Source: a virus
Virus record (IMG/VR): IMGVR_UViG_3300028801_000003
DNA: 64,000 bases
Reading direction: 5' to 3' (one strand)
Part shown: piece by piece, positions 49,462-59,838 of the stretch
Layout: every line of letters begins with the position of its first letter
Position numbering within the stretch: position 1 is the stretch's first letter
Translations under genes and position numbers: made by a program
Notes under the pieces: model-generated
Databases searched by the model: none
The model's input: the letters and a program-made list of their open reading frames with translations, nothing else
What the model was told of the DNA's origin: nothing

Positions 49462-50757
49462 ATGGGGAACACCGCTTCCGACACCACCCAGGCACCGTTA
49501 ACGTTTATCAAAGGGGTCGATAACCGCAGCAACGAGACCAAGATCGCCGCGGGTTATGCCCGTGCCGCCGACAATGTGGATATCGACCGCGACGGTACAG
49601 TCAGTGTTCGCGACGGCTACGCGCTGCTGACGTCACTCCCGGGCGCGCACTCGTGCTGGGCTGACGAAAGCCTCTCTTTCTACGCGTTCGTAGCCGATGC
49701 GACGTCGCTGTATCTCATAGGCCTCGACGGTACGTTGACGACGCTGGCCACAGGACTCGCTGGTACGGATGTGCATTACGCTCCGATTGGCGGCCGCATT
49801 CACTGGTCGAATGGTTACCAGACCGGTATCGTAACGGCGCACGGCGCAGCGACTCCATGGGGTGTCGAGACGCCGCTGCTCACTTTTGCGCTGTCAGCGT
49901 CCACCATCGGCGGTCTCCATGCGGGTCGCTATGGCGTCACGATGACGTTCGCCAATGCGGCGCGCGAAGAGGGCGGCGCACCCGATCCTGTCTATATCGA
50001 CGTCGCCGAGGGCGGCGGCATCCTGATCACTTCCATTCCCGCCGCACTCGGCACAGGGGTGGTGAGCGCGCGGGTTTACCGCACAGACGCCAATGGCCCC
50101 GATTTCCTGTACACACAGAGTGCTACTCCTGGCGCTGGGCAGCTATTGCTTGGCACGCAGCAGCTCGGGCGTCTACTGACGACGCTGTTCAAGGATCGGT
50201 TTCCCGCCGCGCTGTATCTACTGGCGAAAGCCGGTCGAATCTTTGGTGCAGTAGGGCGCCGCTTGGTCTATTCCGACCCGTTGTATTACGGCTTGACTAA
50301 CACCACGGACAATTTCCTCACCTTTCCCGACGACATCACCATGATCGCCGCGCCTGAATCGGCGCAGTTTGTCATGTACGTGGCGACGACGAAGAAGGTG
50401 TATATGCTCACCGGCGCGACAGTCGATACCGCGACACGTACGACGGTGGCCAACGTCGGTGCGATCCCTGGCTCCATGGCGATGATTCCGCCCGAAGAAG
50501 CGGCATTGGAGAACGTCGACACGCCGATACCGTTCTGGGTGGGCGGCGACGGTATCCCCTACGTCGGTACCACGGTAGGTGTTCAACCATTGAGCGCCCG
50601 ATTCGTATATCCTATCTACGATAAAGCAGGCGCTGCGTTCCTGCAGGATGAGGGGCGCAGTCGTTATGTCGTATCTGGTCAAGGTGGCCGCACATCTGGA
50701 TTGGCAGCTTCAGACAGCGCGGTAGCGACAGTATTCAACAACGGCGGCGGCGAATAA
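49462..50757 (+). CDS. hypothetical tail/virion protein (431 aa)
   Basis: This is the internal ATG (MGNTASDTTQ...) of track ORF 49408..50757, 5 nt after the upstream stop. Confidence 0.7.
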   Translation: MGNTASDTTQAPLTFIKGVDNRSNETKIAAGYARAADNVDIDRDGTVSVRDGYALLTSLPGAHSCWADESLSFYAFVADATSLYLIGLDGTLTTLATGLAGTDVHYAPIGGRIHWSNGYQTGIVTAHGAATPWGVETPLLTFALSASTIGGLHAGRYGVTMTFANAAREEGGAPDPVYIDVAEGGGILITSIPAALGTGVVSARVYRTDANGPDFLYTQSATPGAGQLLLGTQQLGRLLTTLFKDRFPAALYLLAKAGRIFGAVGRRLVYSDPLYYGLTNTTDNFLTFPDDITMIAAPESAQFVMYVATTKKVYMLTGATVDTATRTTVANVGAIPGSMAMIPPEEAALENVDTPIPFWVGGDGIPYVGTTVGVQPLSARFVYPIYDKAGAAFLQDEGRSRYVVSGQGGRTSGLAASDSAVATVFNNGGGE

Positions 50758-50759
50758 GG

Positions 50760-50936
50760 ATGCTTCCTGAAAAAGTGCCCGAAAGTCAGATTACAGAGCG
50801 TCTCGCTGTTTGCCATGCTTGCGAGTTTCATGGCGTGGTACCAGTGATAAAAACAGAGATATGCAAGGCGTGCGGTTGCCCGCTCATCAACAAAACGAAG
50901 TTCCTGAAATCAACGTGCCCACGCGGCAAATGGTGA
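50760..50936 (+). CDS. Cys-rich mini-protein (58 aa), zinc-binding candidate
   Basis: Hand translation gives MLPEKVPESQITERLAVCHACEFHGVVPVIKTEICKACGCPLINKTKFLKSTCPRGKW. It is below the track cutoff and is tightly packed between its neighbours. Confidence 0.5.
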   Translation: MLPEKVPESQITERLAVCHACEFHGVVPVIKTEICKACGCPLINKTKFLKSTCPRGKW

Positions 50937-51526
50937 TCACCATGCATATGCTCTCTCATCTCAAAGCCGAATTCGCCCGCGCCATGCGCAATTTCCGCTA
51001 CGAGCGTGCGCCCGAGGGCCTGTACTTCACAGCGCAGAAAGCGCTCTTTGGCGGCGTTTTCTCCACCAGTGAAGACGACGGTCTGACCTGGGCGCCGTCA
51101 AAGAACACAGTGGCGCTCGAAGGTCTGGATGCGATCTTCACGTGCTTCTTTAACAACGGTTCGCCTCCGACAGCGTTCTATCTGGCGCCGTTCACGAATA
51201 ACACGAACCCGTCTTCGGCGCTGACCGCGGCGACGTTCGCCGCATCGCAGTCCGAGTACACAGGCTACACCCAGACGACCCGCGTGCCATGGGTTCAGAA
51301 TGGTGCGTCGTCTGGCCAGACGGTGAGCAATAGCAACGCACCGGGGGTATTCACAATCGGTGCGTCCGCTGTGACGATCACGGGCGCAGGTTTCATCGCA
51401 TCAGCCTCGGCGAAAGGGGCAACGACCGGCGTTCTTATCGCCGCGGCGTTGTTCGGCGCACCGAATTCCCTGAATCCGGGTAGTACGCTGCAGGTGCAAT
51501 ACAGTCTGGCTGGCACGCCTGCGTGA
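50930..51526 (+). CDS. hypothetical virion protein (198 aa)
   Basis: The internal ATG (MVITMHMLSHLK...) of track ORF 50810..51526 overlaps the stop of the mini-ORF. Confidence 0.65.
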   Translation: MVITMHMLSHLKAEFARAMRNFRYERAPEGLYFTAQKALFGGVFSTSEDDGLTWAPSKNTVALEGLDAIFTCFFNNGSPPTAFYLAPFTNNTNPSSALTAATFAASQSEYTGYTQTTRVPWVQNGASSGQTVSNSNAPGVFTIGASAVTITGAGFIASASAKGATTGVLIAAALFGAPNSLNPGSTLQVQYSLAGTPA

Positions 51527-54195
51527 CGGCTTACGCCGGCGTATGGAGCGTCGTATCTGACGGACCCGTATCGCCGGCGGCAATGGCTGCTGCACGGAAG
51601 CTTGTTGGCAGTATGTTCGATATCGGCGGTATCCCGACGCGTTCGCTGCGTCTCGCTGATGGCACGACGATCGCCGCAATAATTGTCAACGGCATCCCCA
51701 AGGTAGTGATCAAGCAGCCGCAGGCAGTATTTAACGTGGTGAGCTTCCCAACGGCTCTATGGGTGCCCCGCGGTTTCGTGGTTTACCCGGCATGGCACAG
51801 CGAACCTTTCGGCGTGGGTCTACCGGTCATCCCGGACGGTAGCGCAGGGCCATACGACCCAACCAACCTCGCGCCTGGCTTGGCAAAAGCACGATGGACG
51901 GCAGGTGGTCCCTGTGGCGAGGTGCTTCTCAGCCCGGATTTAAATGCCGGATATCAGGCTAATAAGTTCGCTCTCCAGACCCCGCTGCTGTCGGATAAAA
52001 CTAAAGGTCCGACATTCTCCTGGAGCGGTACCGGCGCCTACGATGCACGTACCCCGGACGGTAAGTGGTCGGCTTACCGCATGGAATTCGTATATTTCAC
52101 GCAGCACTTTAGTGATGAGTCACCCGCTAATTGCCAGGCGTTGTTCGAAGCGGTGAACACATACCGTACTGGATTGAGTCTGCCACCAGTTAATCTCATG
52201 CCGCGTGGTTGGTACCACCCCGCACAGATCATGACGTCGATCATGCAAGCGGCCGGTGCGTCGACCCCAACGAACCCAAATTACCCGGCGACGTACGCTA
52301 CACCCGCCGACCGTCTGACCAAAGAAGGCTACGGTGCACAGTGGTTGGGTCAAACATTCAGCAGTTTTAACCGTGATGACACGCCGCTGGCTTTTGAGTT
52401 CCTGCAGAATGGTGGCTCGGCTGCCAGCGTATTGTCTGCGTGGCTCGCTGATCCGACCATGACAACGCAGCTCCAGACGAATGAAGGCGCGGCGGTTATC
52501 AGCGACACTGGGTTTCGGGGTGGCTATTGGGCGTTCAATCTCATCGAGCGCACTCACTGGATCGAAGCTGGTAACCAGAGCTGGCAGAGCGCCGACACCG
52601 ACTTACCACCCCTTTCATGGATGGGCTTCGCCAGCCTCAATCTGGCGTGGGAAACCTACCGCGCTACACTCAACCCCGACCCTACAACGCAACCCACTAC
52701 ACCGTTCCTATCAGCCGGCAACTTTATTGATAGCCATGGCGATTGCTGGCTTAAATACCCGCGTTCCGATACGCCGGGACTCGCGGATTACGAGCCGGCC
52801 ATGAGCCGGCACATTTTTATGCGCGGTCGAGCGATCGCGTTGGCGCCGAATGGTGGCCTGGTGTGGGGTGCTACGTTGATCGCCAATGGCGCAAATGATC
52901 GGTTGGTGGCGCTCATTCACCACCCAGCCGATCAGCCGTCGGATGCAATGGCGAACGGTTCAACCCGGTATCTTCGCGTTTGGTGGTGCGATATCCCGAC
53001 GCGCCCGAACCTGCGCGCTGCGCCGCAAGAGACAATTACCGGTACGGATTCGACAGATACATGGGGGTGGAAAGGCGGTGATTTACTGGACCTGGGCGTG
53101 ATGCCCGACCCATCGAGCGGTTCACCGGCTAGTGGTTCGCCCAATGCGTTGAAGATGGCCAGTCAGTGGCGTTTCTCACCAGATGGCAGCAAGGCAATAT
53201 GCTTACGCGATTACGCCGCATTCGCTGACTACGCGTCGATCTATGATACAGGTGGCGCGTCATTCGTCGTGCGGGCTTACTATGGCGCACGTCCACGCGC
53301 CGTAGAGCTGACGTTCGCGCTTAGCCCCACGGCTGTGACGACGACCGTTACGTTCCACGACTACACGGCTGGGTGGTCCACACCGTCACGGCCTATCGCC
53401 AAACCGCTGGATTGTACTGACAGCACGGGAACGGTGCAGCTTTGGGAATACACCACGGTGCCGGTAGCCGTCGATTACGACGCTAACGGTAATGTGCTGT
53501 ACGCTTACTCGGGCTTTCTGGACGACGTGTTCGCGTCCGGCGATATGCGCTATGTGTATCTTGGGACAGGTTCCGCGAGCGTCGCTTACCCCACTGATCT
53601 ATCATACCGCGCGCTGCTTGGCGCACAGGTCAAGACGGCATCGCAGAACGTTTTCCCCTGGACGTTCCAGATCGCTGACGTCGTAAACGGCGTCTATGCC
53701 AGTGAAGGGGGTATGCCGGCGTTAGCTTTCAACTCGGCCACTAGTGAACTGACATTCACTACGCCTCCATGTTTTCCCTTCACTACCGCGCTGGTCCACG
53801 ATGTACGATTCTTTAGGACAGGAGCGTTGATTAGTGACACGTGGTACCCTGCGCCCGACGGTTTAGTGTTCACGTATCTCACCCCCTGTATCTACTTGCG
53901 ATCGGGCTTCAGCGGTATTTTTATCGATCTCCCGCAGGCCATGTCGCGCACACTACAGCTGTTCGCAGCGACGCGTTTCGGCAAAAACATGACCAGCTAT
54001 CAGCTGGCACCAGTGCCCATTGCGGCGGTGTATGTAGATGTTCCACCTAGCAGTCCCGACTGTAATTGCAATCTCGATATCAGCGCAGCGCTACGTTTCA
54101 TGACGACGACCGAACTCTCCCCCCGCGGCGGCGGCATATCTTCTGACGTACAATTACCCGACGCCGATTGGCTGATCTACGCAAAGGTAGTATGA
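51523..54195 (+). CDS. large tail protein (890 aa)
   Basis: ORF track. ATGA-type overlap upstream. Size and position only. Confidence 0.75.
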   Translation: MTAYAGVWSVVSDGPVSPAAMAAARKLVGSMFDIGGIPTRSLRLADGTTIAAIIVNGIPKVVIKQPQAVFNVVSFPTALWVPRGFVVYPAWHSEPFGVGLPVIPDGSAGPYDPTNLAPGLAKARWTAGGPCGEVLLSPDLNAGYQANKFALQTPLLSDKTKGPTFSWSGTGAYDARTPDGKWSAYRMEFVYFTQHFSDESPANCQALFEAVNTYRTGLSLPPVNLMPRGWYHPAQIMTSIMQAAGASTPTNPNYPATYATPADRLTKEGYGAQWLGQTFSSFNRDDTPLAFEFLQNGGSAASVLSAWLADPTMTTQLQTNEGAAVISDTGFRGGYWAFNLIERTHWIEAGNQSWQSADTDLPPLSWMGFASLNLAWETYRATLNPDPTTQPTTPFLSAGNFIDSHGDCWLKYPRSDTPGLADYEPAMSRHIFMRGRAIALAPNGGLVWGATLIANGANDRLVALIHHPADQPSDAMANGSTRYLRVWWCDIPTRPNLRAAPQETITGTDSTDTWGWKGGDLLDLGVMPDPSSGSPASGSPNALKMASQWRFSPDGSKAICLRDYAAFADYASIYDTGGASFVVRAYYGARPRAVELTFALSPTAVTTTVTFHDYTAGWSTPSRPIAKPLDCTDSTGTVQLWEYTTVPVAVDYDANGNVLYAYSGFLDDVFASGDMRYVYLGTGSASVAYPTDLSYRALLGAQVKTASQNVFPWTFQIADVVNGVYASEGGMPALAFNSATSELTFTTPPCFPFTTALVHDVRFFRTGALISDTWYPAPDGLVFTYLTPCIYLRSGFSGIFIDLPQAMSRTLQLFAATRFGKNMTSYQLAPVPIAAVYVDVPPSSPDCNCNLDISAALRFMTTTELSPRGGGISSDVQLPDADWLIYAKVV

Positions 54196-54196
54196 G

Positions 54197-54640
54197 ATGA
54201 CGATAGCTCTTTCCAACGCGCTCGCCACGACACAAACCGCGCTGCTGGCCAGTCAGCTGACTGGTGGGTTTATCCGTCTATTTGCCGGCACGCGTCCAAC
54301 GACACCCGATCAAGCCGAAGTTGGTACCCTGCTTGGCATTGTGACCAACGACGGTGTGGCCGGTTCCGGCCTTCATTTCACTAGCGCCGGTGCTATTTTG
54401 CAAAAATCCACGGAGCCTTGGGTATTTTATGGCGTGGCTACCGGTACCGCTGCGTGGTTCCGAATCGTCCAACCAGGTGATACCGGCGCCGCGGATATGA
54501 GTGCTTTGCGCATCGACGGAGATATTGGCACAGTCGCCGGCGTCCCTGGCGATATGAACTGGACTGACACCGGGGTACTCACAGGTGTGCCGTATACGCT
54601 CGATCAATTCTTTTATCTCATCCAACCGGTAGGGCACTGA
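54197..54640 (+). CDS. hypothetical virion protein (147 aa), paralog of the next gene
   Basis: ORF track. It shares a plan with 54642..55082 (GGFIRLFAGTRP vs SGFLYLFSGPVP; TGTAAWFRI vs TGTTTFYRF). Confidence 0.65.
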   Translation: MTIALSNALATTQTALLASQLTGGFIRLFAGTRPTTPDQAEVGTLLGIVTNDGVAGSGLHFTSAGAILQKSTEPWVFYGVATGTAAWFRIVQPGDTGAADMSALRIDGDIGTVAGVPGDMNWTDTGVLTGVPYTLDQFFYLIQPVGH

Positions 54641-54641
54641 C

Positions 54642-55082
54642 ATGTCACTAAAATCAACGGGTTTGGCCACGTACCTGGCCGTTACTGGCAGCATGAAAGC
54701 AGGGCTGGACAGCGGTTTTCTCTATCTCTTCAGCGGTCCGGTACCGGTAAGCGCTGATGACGCGATCGACGGCAGCAGCGTCATGCTCGCCAAGATCAGT
54801 GTCAACGGCGACGGTGTAACGGGCCTGACGTTCTCGGCAACGGCGACAGGTGGTGTACTCACAAAAACGTCGTCAGAAGCATGGAGTAGCACGATTGCCG
54901 CAACCGGAACGACTACGTTCTACCGTTTTTGCGAAGCGAGCGATGCGGGAAGCGCCAGCAGCACTACGGCAAAACGTGTACAGGGTACGGTGGGTACGAC
55001 GGTCGCCAGCGACGGCGTACTGACTAGCACGAGTCTCACAGCGGGCAACACGCAAACGATCAGTCTGTTCCAGATTTACTGA
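54642..55082 (+). CDS. hypothetical virion protein (146 aa), paralog of the previous gene
   Basis: ORF track. Confidence 0.65.
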   Translation: MSLKSTGLATYLAVTGSMKAGLDSGFLYLFSGPVPVSADDAIDGSSVMLAKISVNGDGVTGLTFSATATGGVLTKTSSEAWSSTIAATGTTTFYRFCEASDAGSASSTTAKRVQGTVGTTVASDGVLTSTSLTAGNTQTISLFQIY

Positions 55083-55086
55083 TCGT

Positions 55087-55410
55087 ATGCTTCTGAAGAC
55101 CACCAATGATGTTTTTGTGCCGGCAGTGCCGGCGCAGGACTATCGCCCGTACTCGAAGACGTGCCCGGGTGGTAGCCCTGTGCCGCCGCAGGGTGCGAGT
55201 AAAACTGTGTGCGGTACATTAAGTGTGTATGTGTTTGTCGCCTTCGACACAGCAGCGAAGCCCATTAACGTAGCTGAGACGATCATCCAGTTGCCCGGTC
55301 TCCCACCTACCGTGTCGTGGTCCTCGTCCTGGGACACCGATCTGTCTACATCACTGCCGTTGCTCGTTTCTTCGATGCCTTACTGCGCGACGATCCAGGT
55401 CTACGAATGA
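55087..55410 (+). CDS. hypothetical protein (107 aa)
   Basis: ORF track. Confidence 0.6.
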   Translation: MLLKTTNDVFVPAVPAQDYRPYSKTCPGGSPVPPQGASKTVCGTLSVYVFVAFDTAAKPINVAETIIQLPGLPPTVSWSSSWDTDLSTSLPLLVSSMPYCATIQVYE

Positions 55411-55937
55411 TCGACGTCCACATCATTTTGCGGACAGATACGCCACTGGCGTGGCGTCAGCAGTGCCTCGAAAGCGCCAGCAAAGCGGCCGTCATGGCCG
55501 GGTACCCCGTGTTTATCCACCCGGTCGACGCGGTGGCCGGCCATATCGGCCAGGCGCGGGCCAATGGCTACGCACAGGGATCGCAGTCCTTCGTTACCTA
55601 TGTAGACGATGACGACTACCTCCTGCCGAATGCTTTTGCGGTGCTGAATGATGCACTGGCATCAACCCCCGATGCTATCTTCCCCGCTGAGCTCGCTCTA
55701 CAGAACGGGCAGTTTTGCGATGGGCCTCAACGTCATCACCTGGCTGTGTATCGACGTGATCAGTTAATCGACCACACTGCCTGGGTGGTATGCGGCGACT
55801 TGGCGCAAATGACCGCGGCATCAAAAGGAACCTGTATCGACGTGCCAGAACGTGTCTATGTGCACCGTTTGTATCAGAGCCCAGGCCGCGCGCTGCGTCG
55901 CGAGCACCACGAAGAATTGAGGCGCGCCCGTGGCTAA
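55407..55937 (+). CDS. GT-A fold (GT2-like) glycosyltransferase, small (176 aa)
   Basis: The internal ATG overlaps the upstream TGA. It contains IDVHIIL ... ARANGYAQGSQSFVTYVDDDDYLLPNAF, which matches the RNxG ... DxDD pattern of family 2 glycosyltransferases. Confidence 0.6.
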   Translation: MIDVHIILRTDTPLAWRQQCLESASKAAVMAGYPVFIHPVDAVAGHIGQARANGYAQGSQSFVTYVDDDDYLLPNAFAVLNDALASTPDAIFPAELALQNGQFCDGPQRHHLAVYRRDQLIDHTAWVVCGDLAQMTAASKGTCIDVPERVYVHRLYQSPGRALRREHHEELRRARG

Positions 55938-56355
55938 CATCCTTCTCGACGCTGCCAATTGGCGAGACCAAACGAGTCTGGCGATGCCGCCGGCGTGGTG
56001 GACTGGCACCACCTACGATTACATCGGTAACTCAGGCACCGGCCTCTACTATATCGGCGCGTCGATGGAATACCGCGGGACGGTGAACGCGGGCGACGTC
56101 ATCAGCTTTTCGATCCTATCGACCAGCGCTGACCCGACGGAGTTCGATGTTACGGTCGACGGAACGCAGGTCTATTCACAGACCCTGGTTGCTGGAACGA
56201 CTTATACGTGGAGCAGCACAGCGTTCGTCGGCGGCGAAACCGTCCTGGTTAATCTGGGCGCTGGTCAGTTTCTCTATTCGCAAGATGCGGTCCTGACACC
56301 TACCGACATCTCCGCCGACTTCTGGCAAGACTTCGTAGGCACGGTGGAGCTATGA
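55930..56355 (+). CDS. hypothetical beta-rich protein (141 aa)
   Basis: ORF track. Confidence 0.6.
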   Translation: MANILLDAANWRDQTSLAMPPAWWTGTTYDYIGNSGTGLYYIGASMEYRGTVNAGDVISFSILSTSADPTEFDVTVDGTQVYSQTLVAGTTYTWSSTAFVGGETVLVNLGAGQFLYSQDAVLTPTDISADFWQDFVGTVEL

Positions 56356-56825
56356 GCGATTGCTACTTCGACGGTTCCGGTTGTCTCATCTGCCCTGAGC
56401 AGGAGGCAGCGCCAGCGGTACCTGCGCGCGTCGATCACCAGGTGGTGATCGGCTGGAATGCTGGCGCCAACAGCATTGCGGTGCAGGACGGAAATCTGCA
56501 TGTGGTGGTCACGAATCAAGCTTTAGTCGCCGCAGTAGTGGTAGGACTCAAGAGCGACCGCGACCGTCAGACCGTACCCGATTTGATTGAACACGGTTGG
56601 TACTTCCAGTCGCTGGCCGGGGTCGGCGTTGCACAGGTGATTGAGCGCGGCGTGACAAAAACGATGGTCGCCGCCTATGACTTTTCAGATGCGTTCGAGC
56701 TTCGGCGTGTGAATGGTCTGGTGACTTACCTCAAGAACGATGCGGCGGTCTACACGTCTACTGTGCCCAGTCTTGGCTCGAAAGTGGTGAACAGCTGTCT
56801 CTACGCCAGTGGTGACAATGTATGA
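56352..56825 (+). CDS. hypothetical protein (157 aa)
   Basis: ORF track. ATGA overlap. Confidence 0.65.
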   Translation: MSDCYFDGSGCLICPEQEAAPAVPARVDHQVVIGWNAGANSIAVQDGNLHVVVTNQALVAAVVVGLKSDRDRQTVPDLIEHGWYFQSLAGVGVAQVIERGVTKTMVAAYDFSDAFELRRVNGLVTYLKNDAAVYTSTVPSLGSKVVNSCLYASGDNV

Positions 56826-58150
56826 GCATCGTTTTTGAAGCCTATACTGACAATGACGGACAGGTAACCGCCAAGCTCCCCGCATCGGCATCCTTCACTG
56901 ATCTGGCGAACTTCGTTCATGCCCAGCTGGGCCTGATCGGTTCTCTAGAAGGAAGTCAGAGCAACGACGGGGTTTTCAACGAGCTGCTGCCGCCGCTAAG
57001 CGGCGAGTTCTTCGATGCCGCTGGCGGCTTGGTGCGCGCTGGCCTTCCGCTTTCCGTGAACTGGTCGAGCAACGAGCTCGCGCCAGAACTGGCGATATTC
57101 AATACCAATCTGCCCTACCCTTCCACCTATTTCGTTGGCGCGCAGACTGGCGATGCGCAGGTCCACGGTGCGCTGATTCTTTCATCACTGCTGTCGAACG
57201 CTACGTCATTACTGCGCGCCAGTCTGTCACCGACGGTGTATTTCAGCGACGGGTACGTAGGCAACGATCGTGTGGCATTGCTGATCCAACAACCATCGAT
57301 ACAGTCATCCATGACACCGGGTATTACGGTGGCGCTGGCAGATAGTTTTGGCGGGGCCGATACCGCGATAGCTGCTTTCATCCACGCCATCATCGACATG
57401 TTCACCATGTCGGACACCTACACCACGCTGACGCATGCACTGCAGGCGCTACGCGATGGCATGTCGCTGCGCGACCTGGCCGTGCTCATTCATACGGCAG
57501 GGCTGCTGGATGCGTTCATCGCCAGCGCAGTGCTCAGCGACCGGGCGCAAGTCACGGTGTTCCTGAAAGACGCCGCCGCCTTCGACGATACCGCCAACGC
57601 CAAGAGTCAGATTCTCGCGGCGATCAGCGATGCGCTGTATGTCCACGTCACACTGACCACCGGGCAGGATACTTACACGGCTTGGGTTATGACGCCCGAG
57701 ACCAAGGCGATGCGCAGCTACGGTAACTGGCCGTTTAATAGTTACGCGCAGATCGGCGACGTCGTGCTGGCTGCCGGCCCGCAGGGTGTTTTCCGCTTGG
57801 GTGGTACGGCAGATATCAGCACGGCGATCATCGCGCGCGTACGGTCAGGGCTGCTCAACTTCGGCACCAGCAAACTCAAACGCATCGACCGCGCGTACCT
57901 GGGCTACACGTCCAGTGGTACGCTGTGCCTGCGCGTGTGTGCACTGTCGGAAACGGGTACCAAAGTGGAATACACTTACAAGATGGCGCCGCAACCGGCT
58001 GGTGGCCCAGTGGAAGGTCGTGTCCAGGTCGGGCGTGGCCCGCGCTCCGTGTACTGGTCCTTTGAACTATGTAACGATGCGACCGGTAGCGATTTCGAAC
58101 TTCACGATATTTCGGTCCTGCCGATGGTACTGACTGGGAGGATCATCTAA
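56822..58150 (+). CDS. hypothetical virion protein (442 aa)
   Basis: ORF track. ATGA overlap. Confidence 0.7.
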   Translation: MSIVFEAYTDNDGQVTAKLPASASFTDLANFVHAQLGLIGSLEGSQSNDGVFNELLPPLSGEFFDAAGGLVRAGLPLSVNWSSNELAPELAIFNTNLPYPSTYFVGAQTGDAQVHGALILSSLLSNATSLLRASLSPTVYFSDGYVGNDRVALLIQQPSIQSSMTPGITVALADSFGGADTAIAAFIHAIIDMFTMSDTYTTLTHALQALRDGMSLRDLAVLIHTAGLLDAFIASAVLSDRAQVTVFLKDAAAFDDTANAKSQILAAISDALYVHVTLTTGQDTYTAWVMTPETKAMRSYGNWPFNSYAQIGDVVLAAGPQGVFRLGGTADISTAIIARVRSGLLNFGTSKLKRIDRAYLGYTSSGTLCLRVCALSETGTKVEYTYKMAPQPAGGPVEGRVQVGRGPRSVYWSFELCNDATGSDFELHDISVLPMVLTGRII

Positions 58151-59295
58151 TGTCCGACTCACAACCGGCGCTACTGTATCCCGATGCGATCGGCTCCGGC
58201 CCTATCGTTTACGACGCCTACGATAAGTGGTCATCGATTGCCTTGCAGGCGTTCGCCACGGCGCAACAGCTCGCCTCGCAACTGGCTAATATCCCGCTCA
58301 GCCCGGTCGCGTTTAACGCCAGTTTCGATCCGCAGTTGGCGCTCAGCGCGTTTCCCGTCATGCCCGCGCCACTCGTGCCGCCGGGTCTGGGGTTCAACGA
58401 ACCATCGCTGCCATCGCCACCCACCGTTTTTACCATTCCGATGCTGCCGCCAGCACCGTACGTGTCCGATCTATTGGCCACGATGGAAGGTGTCATCAAC
58501 GCGCTGCTGGCCGGTGGTAACCTGATCCCGGCCGCGGTCGCCGATCAGTTGCGCAACCGTGCTTATACCGAAGCGTTCACCGAAGAGCAGCGTGCGGTCG
58601 ATCAGGCGTATGACGAGTTCGCCGCACGCGGGTTCTCCGAACCGAGCGGTCAGCTCAATCAACGCGTGACTGAAGCACGGTCTGACGCACGCCAAAAACG
58701 GCAGATGGTCAACCGCGATGTGTTCATCCAGGAGCAGACGGTCGCGATCGAGAACCTGCGTTTCGCCGTGACATCGGGCATCCAGCTCGAAGGTACCAAG
58801 GTCCAGGTCTACGTTTCCCAGGTCCAGGTCGACGTGGAATACGCCAAACTGGAAGTGGAACAGCAGCGCATTGCACTGGACGGATGGCGTGCATTGGTCG
58901 AGCGTTTCGACGCGCAGCTCAAAGGCGAGATCGCCCGGGTCGATTCCGCAGTCGAAGTGTTCAAGGCGCAGGTACAGATTTATACCGCACAGGCGCAAGT
59001 CGCCACGATGGCTGGCGAGTACGACAACCGCCGGTTCCAGCTGAACCTGACGCAGGAGCAGGCCATCGTCGACACTGAGATGAAACGGCAGGATCAGCAG
59101 TTCGAGCAGATGAAGTACCTGACCACGATCATGATGGAGATCAAGAAAGCCCTGGCGCAGGTTTCGGCGCAGTTGGCTTCGGCCGCGATGAGCGCCGTGA
59201 ACGTGGGCGCGTCCTTGTCCAGCAGCACCAGCGAGAGTGTGGGTTACAGCTTGAGTGTCGGGTTCTCCGGCAGCATGGACAGCAGTGACTCGTGA
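58150..59295 (+). CDS. coiled-coil internal virion/ejection protein candidate (381 aa)
   Basis: ORF track. It has a long Gln/Glu/Ala/Val heptad-like region. TAATG overlap upstream. Confidence 0.7.
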   Translation: MSDSQPALLYPDAIGSGPIVYDAYDKWSSIALQAFATAQQLASQLANIPLSPVAFNASFDPQLALSAFPVMPAPLVPPGLGFNEPSLPSPPTVFTIPMLPPAPYVSDLLATMEGVINALLAGGNLIPAAVADQLRNRAYTEAFTEEQRAVDQAYDEFAARGFSEPSGQLNQRVTEARSDARQKRQMVNRDVFIQEQTVAIENLRFAVTSGIQLEGTKVQVYVSQVQVDVEYAKLEVEQQRIALDGWRALVERFDAQLKGEIARVDSAVEVFKAQVQIYTAQAQVATMAGEYDNRRFQLNLTQEQAIVDTEMKRQDQQFEQMKYLTTIMMEIKKALAQVSAQLASAAMSAVNVGASLSSSTSESVGYSLSVGFSGSMDSSDS

Positions 59296-59340
59296 AACAC
59301 AGTATGATAGCGACCATCGGCAGAGCGCCGGGAGCGATGT

Positions 59341-59838
59341 ATGGCCCTTAATCCGAGTCTCATGAGTCTGCCGGGCGTAGCTAATGGGCTGCGCCGCGCG
59401 CAGTTGGCGCAGATTAGTGACCCTACCAGTATCGCTGCGCGCGATAACCCCAACAACGACGGCTCGATCCTGTCGCGTACGTACCCCGGGCTCTTCGGTC
59501 AGGATGCGCAACCGTCGCTCAACGCGCAGTTCAACGCGCAGCAGCAGCAGGCCACACAGGCGACGATCCAGCGTCAAGGCAATATCCTGACCCTGCGGCG
59601 TCAGCAGCTGGCACTCGCCGAAGACCCGCAGACGCAGCTGCAGCTACAGCAGCAGCGCAACGTCCTTAATCAGCGCCTGCTGAATTCGAAACTCAGTGGG
59701 TACGGGCAGAACATCTACGGCAACGTCAACCCATCGGCTGCGACGAATCCTCTGGGCGCGACACCGAGCACCGTGAATACCGGTCTGGGCACTGGCCCTG
59801 ATGACGACGACGAGGAAGATAAATATGGCAGCTACTGA
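59341..59838 (+). CDS. Gln-rich protein (165 aa), internal virion candidate
   Basis: ORF track. Confidence 0.65.
   Translation: MALNPSLMSLPGVANGLRRAQLAQISDPTSIAARDNPNNDGSILSRTYPGLFGQDAQPSLNAQFNAQQQQATQATIQRQGNILTLRRQQLALAEDPQTQLQLQQQRNVLNQRLLNSKLSGYGQNIYGNVNPSAATNPLGATPSTVNTGLGTGPDDDDEEDKYGSY

Noticed and set aside
58471-59577. 368-aa minus-strand ORF antisense to virion genes 58150-59838
   Set aside because: It is an antisense shadow. Its composition (Arg/Leu/His/Asp runs) mirrors the Gln/Glu/Val-rich sense protein.
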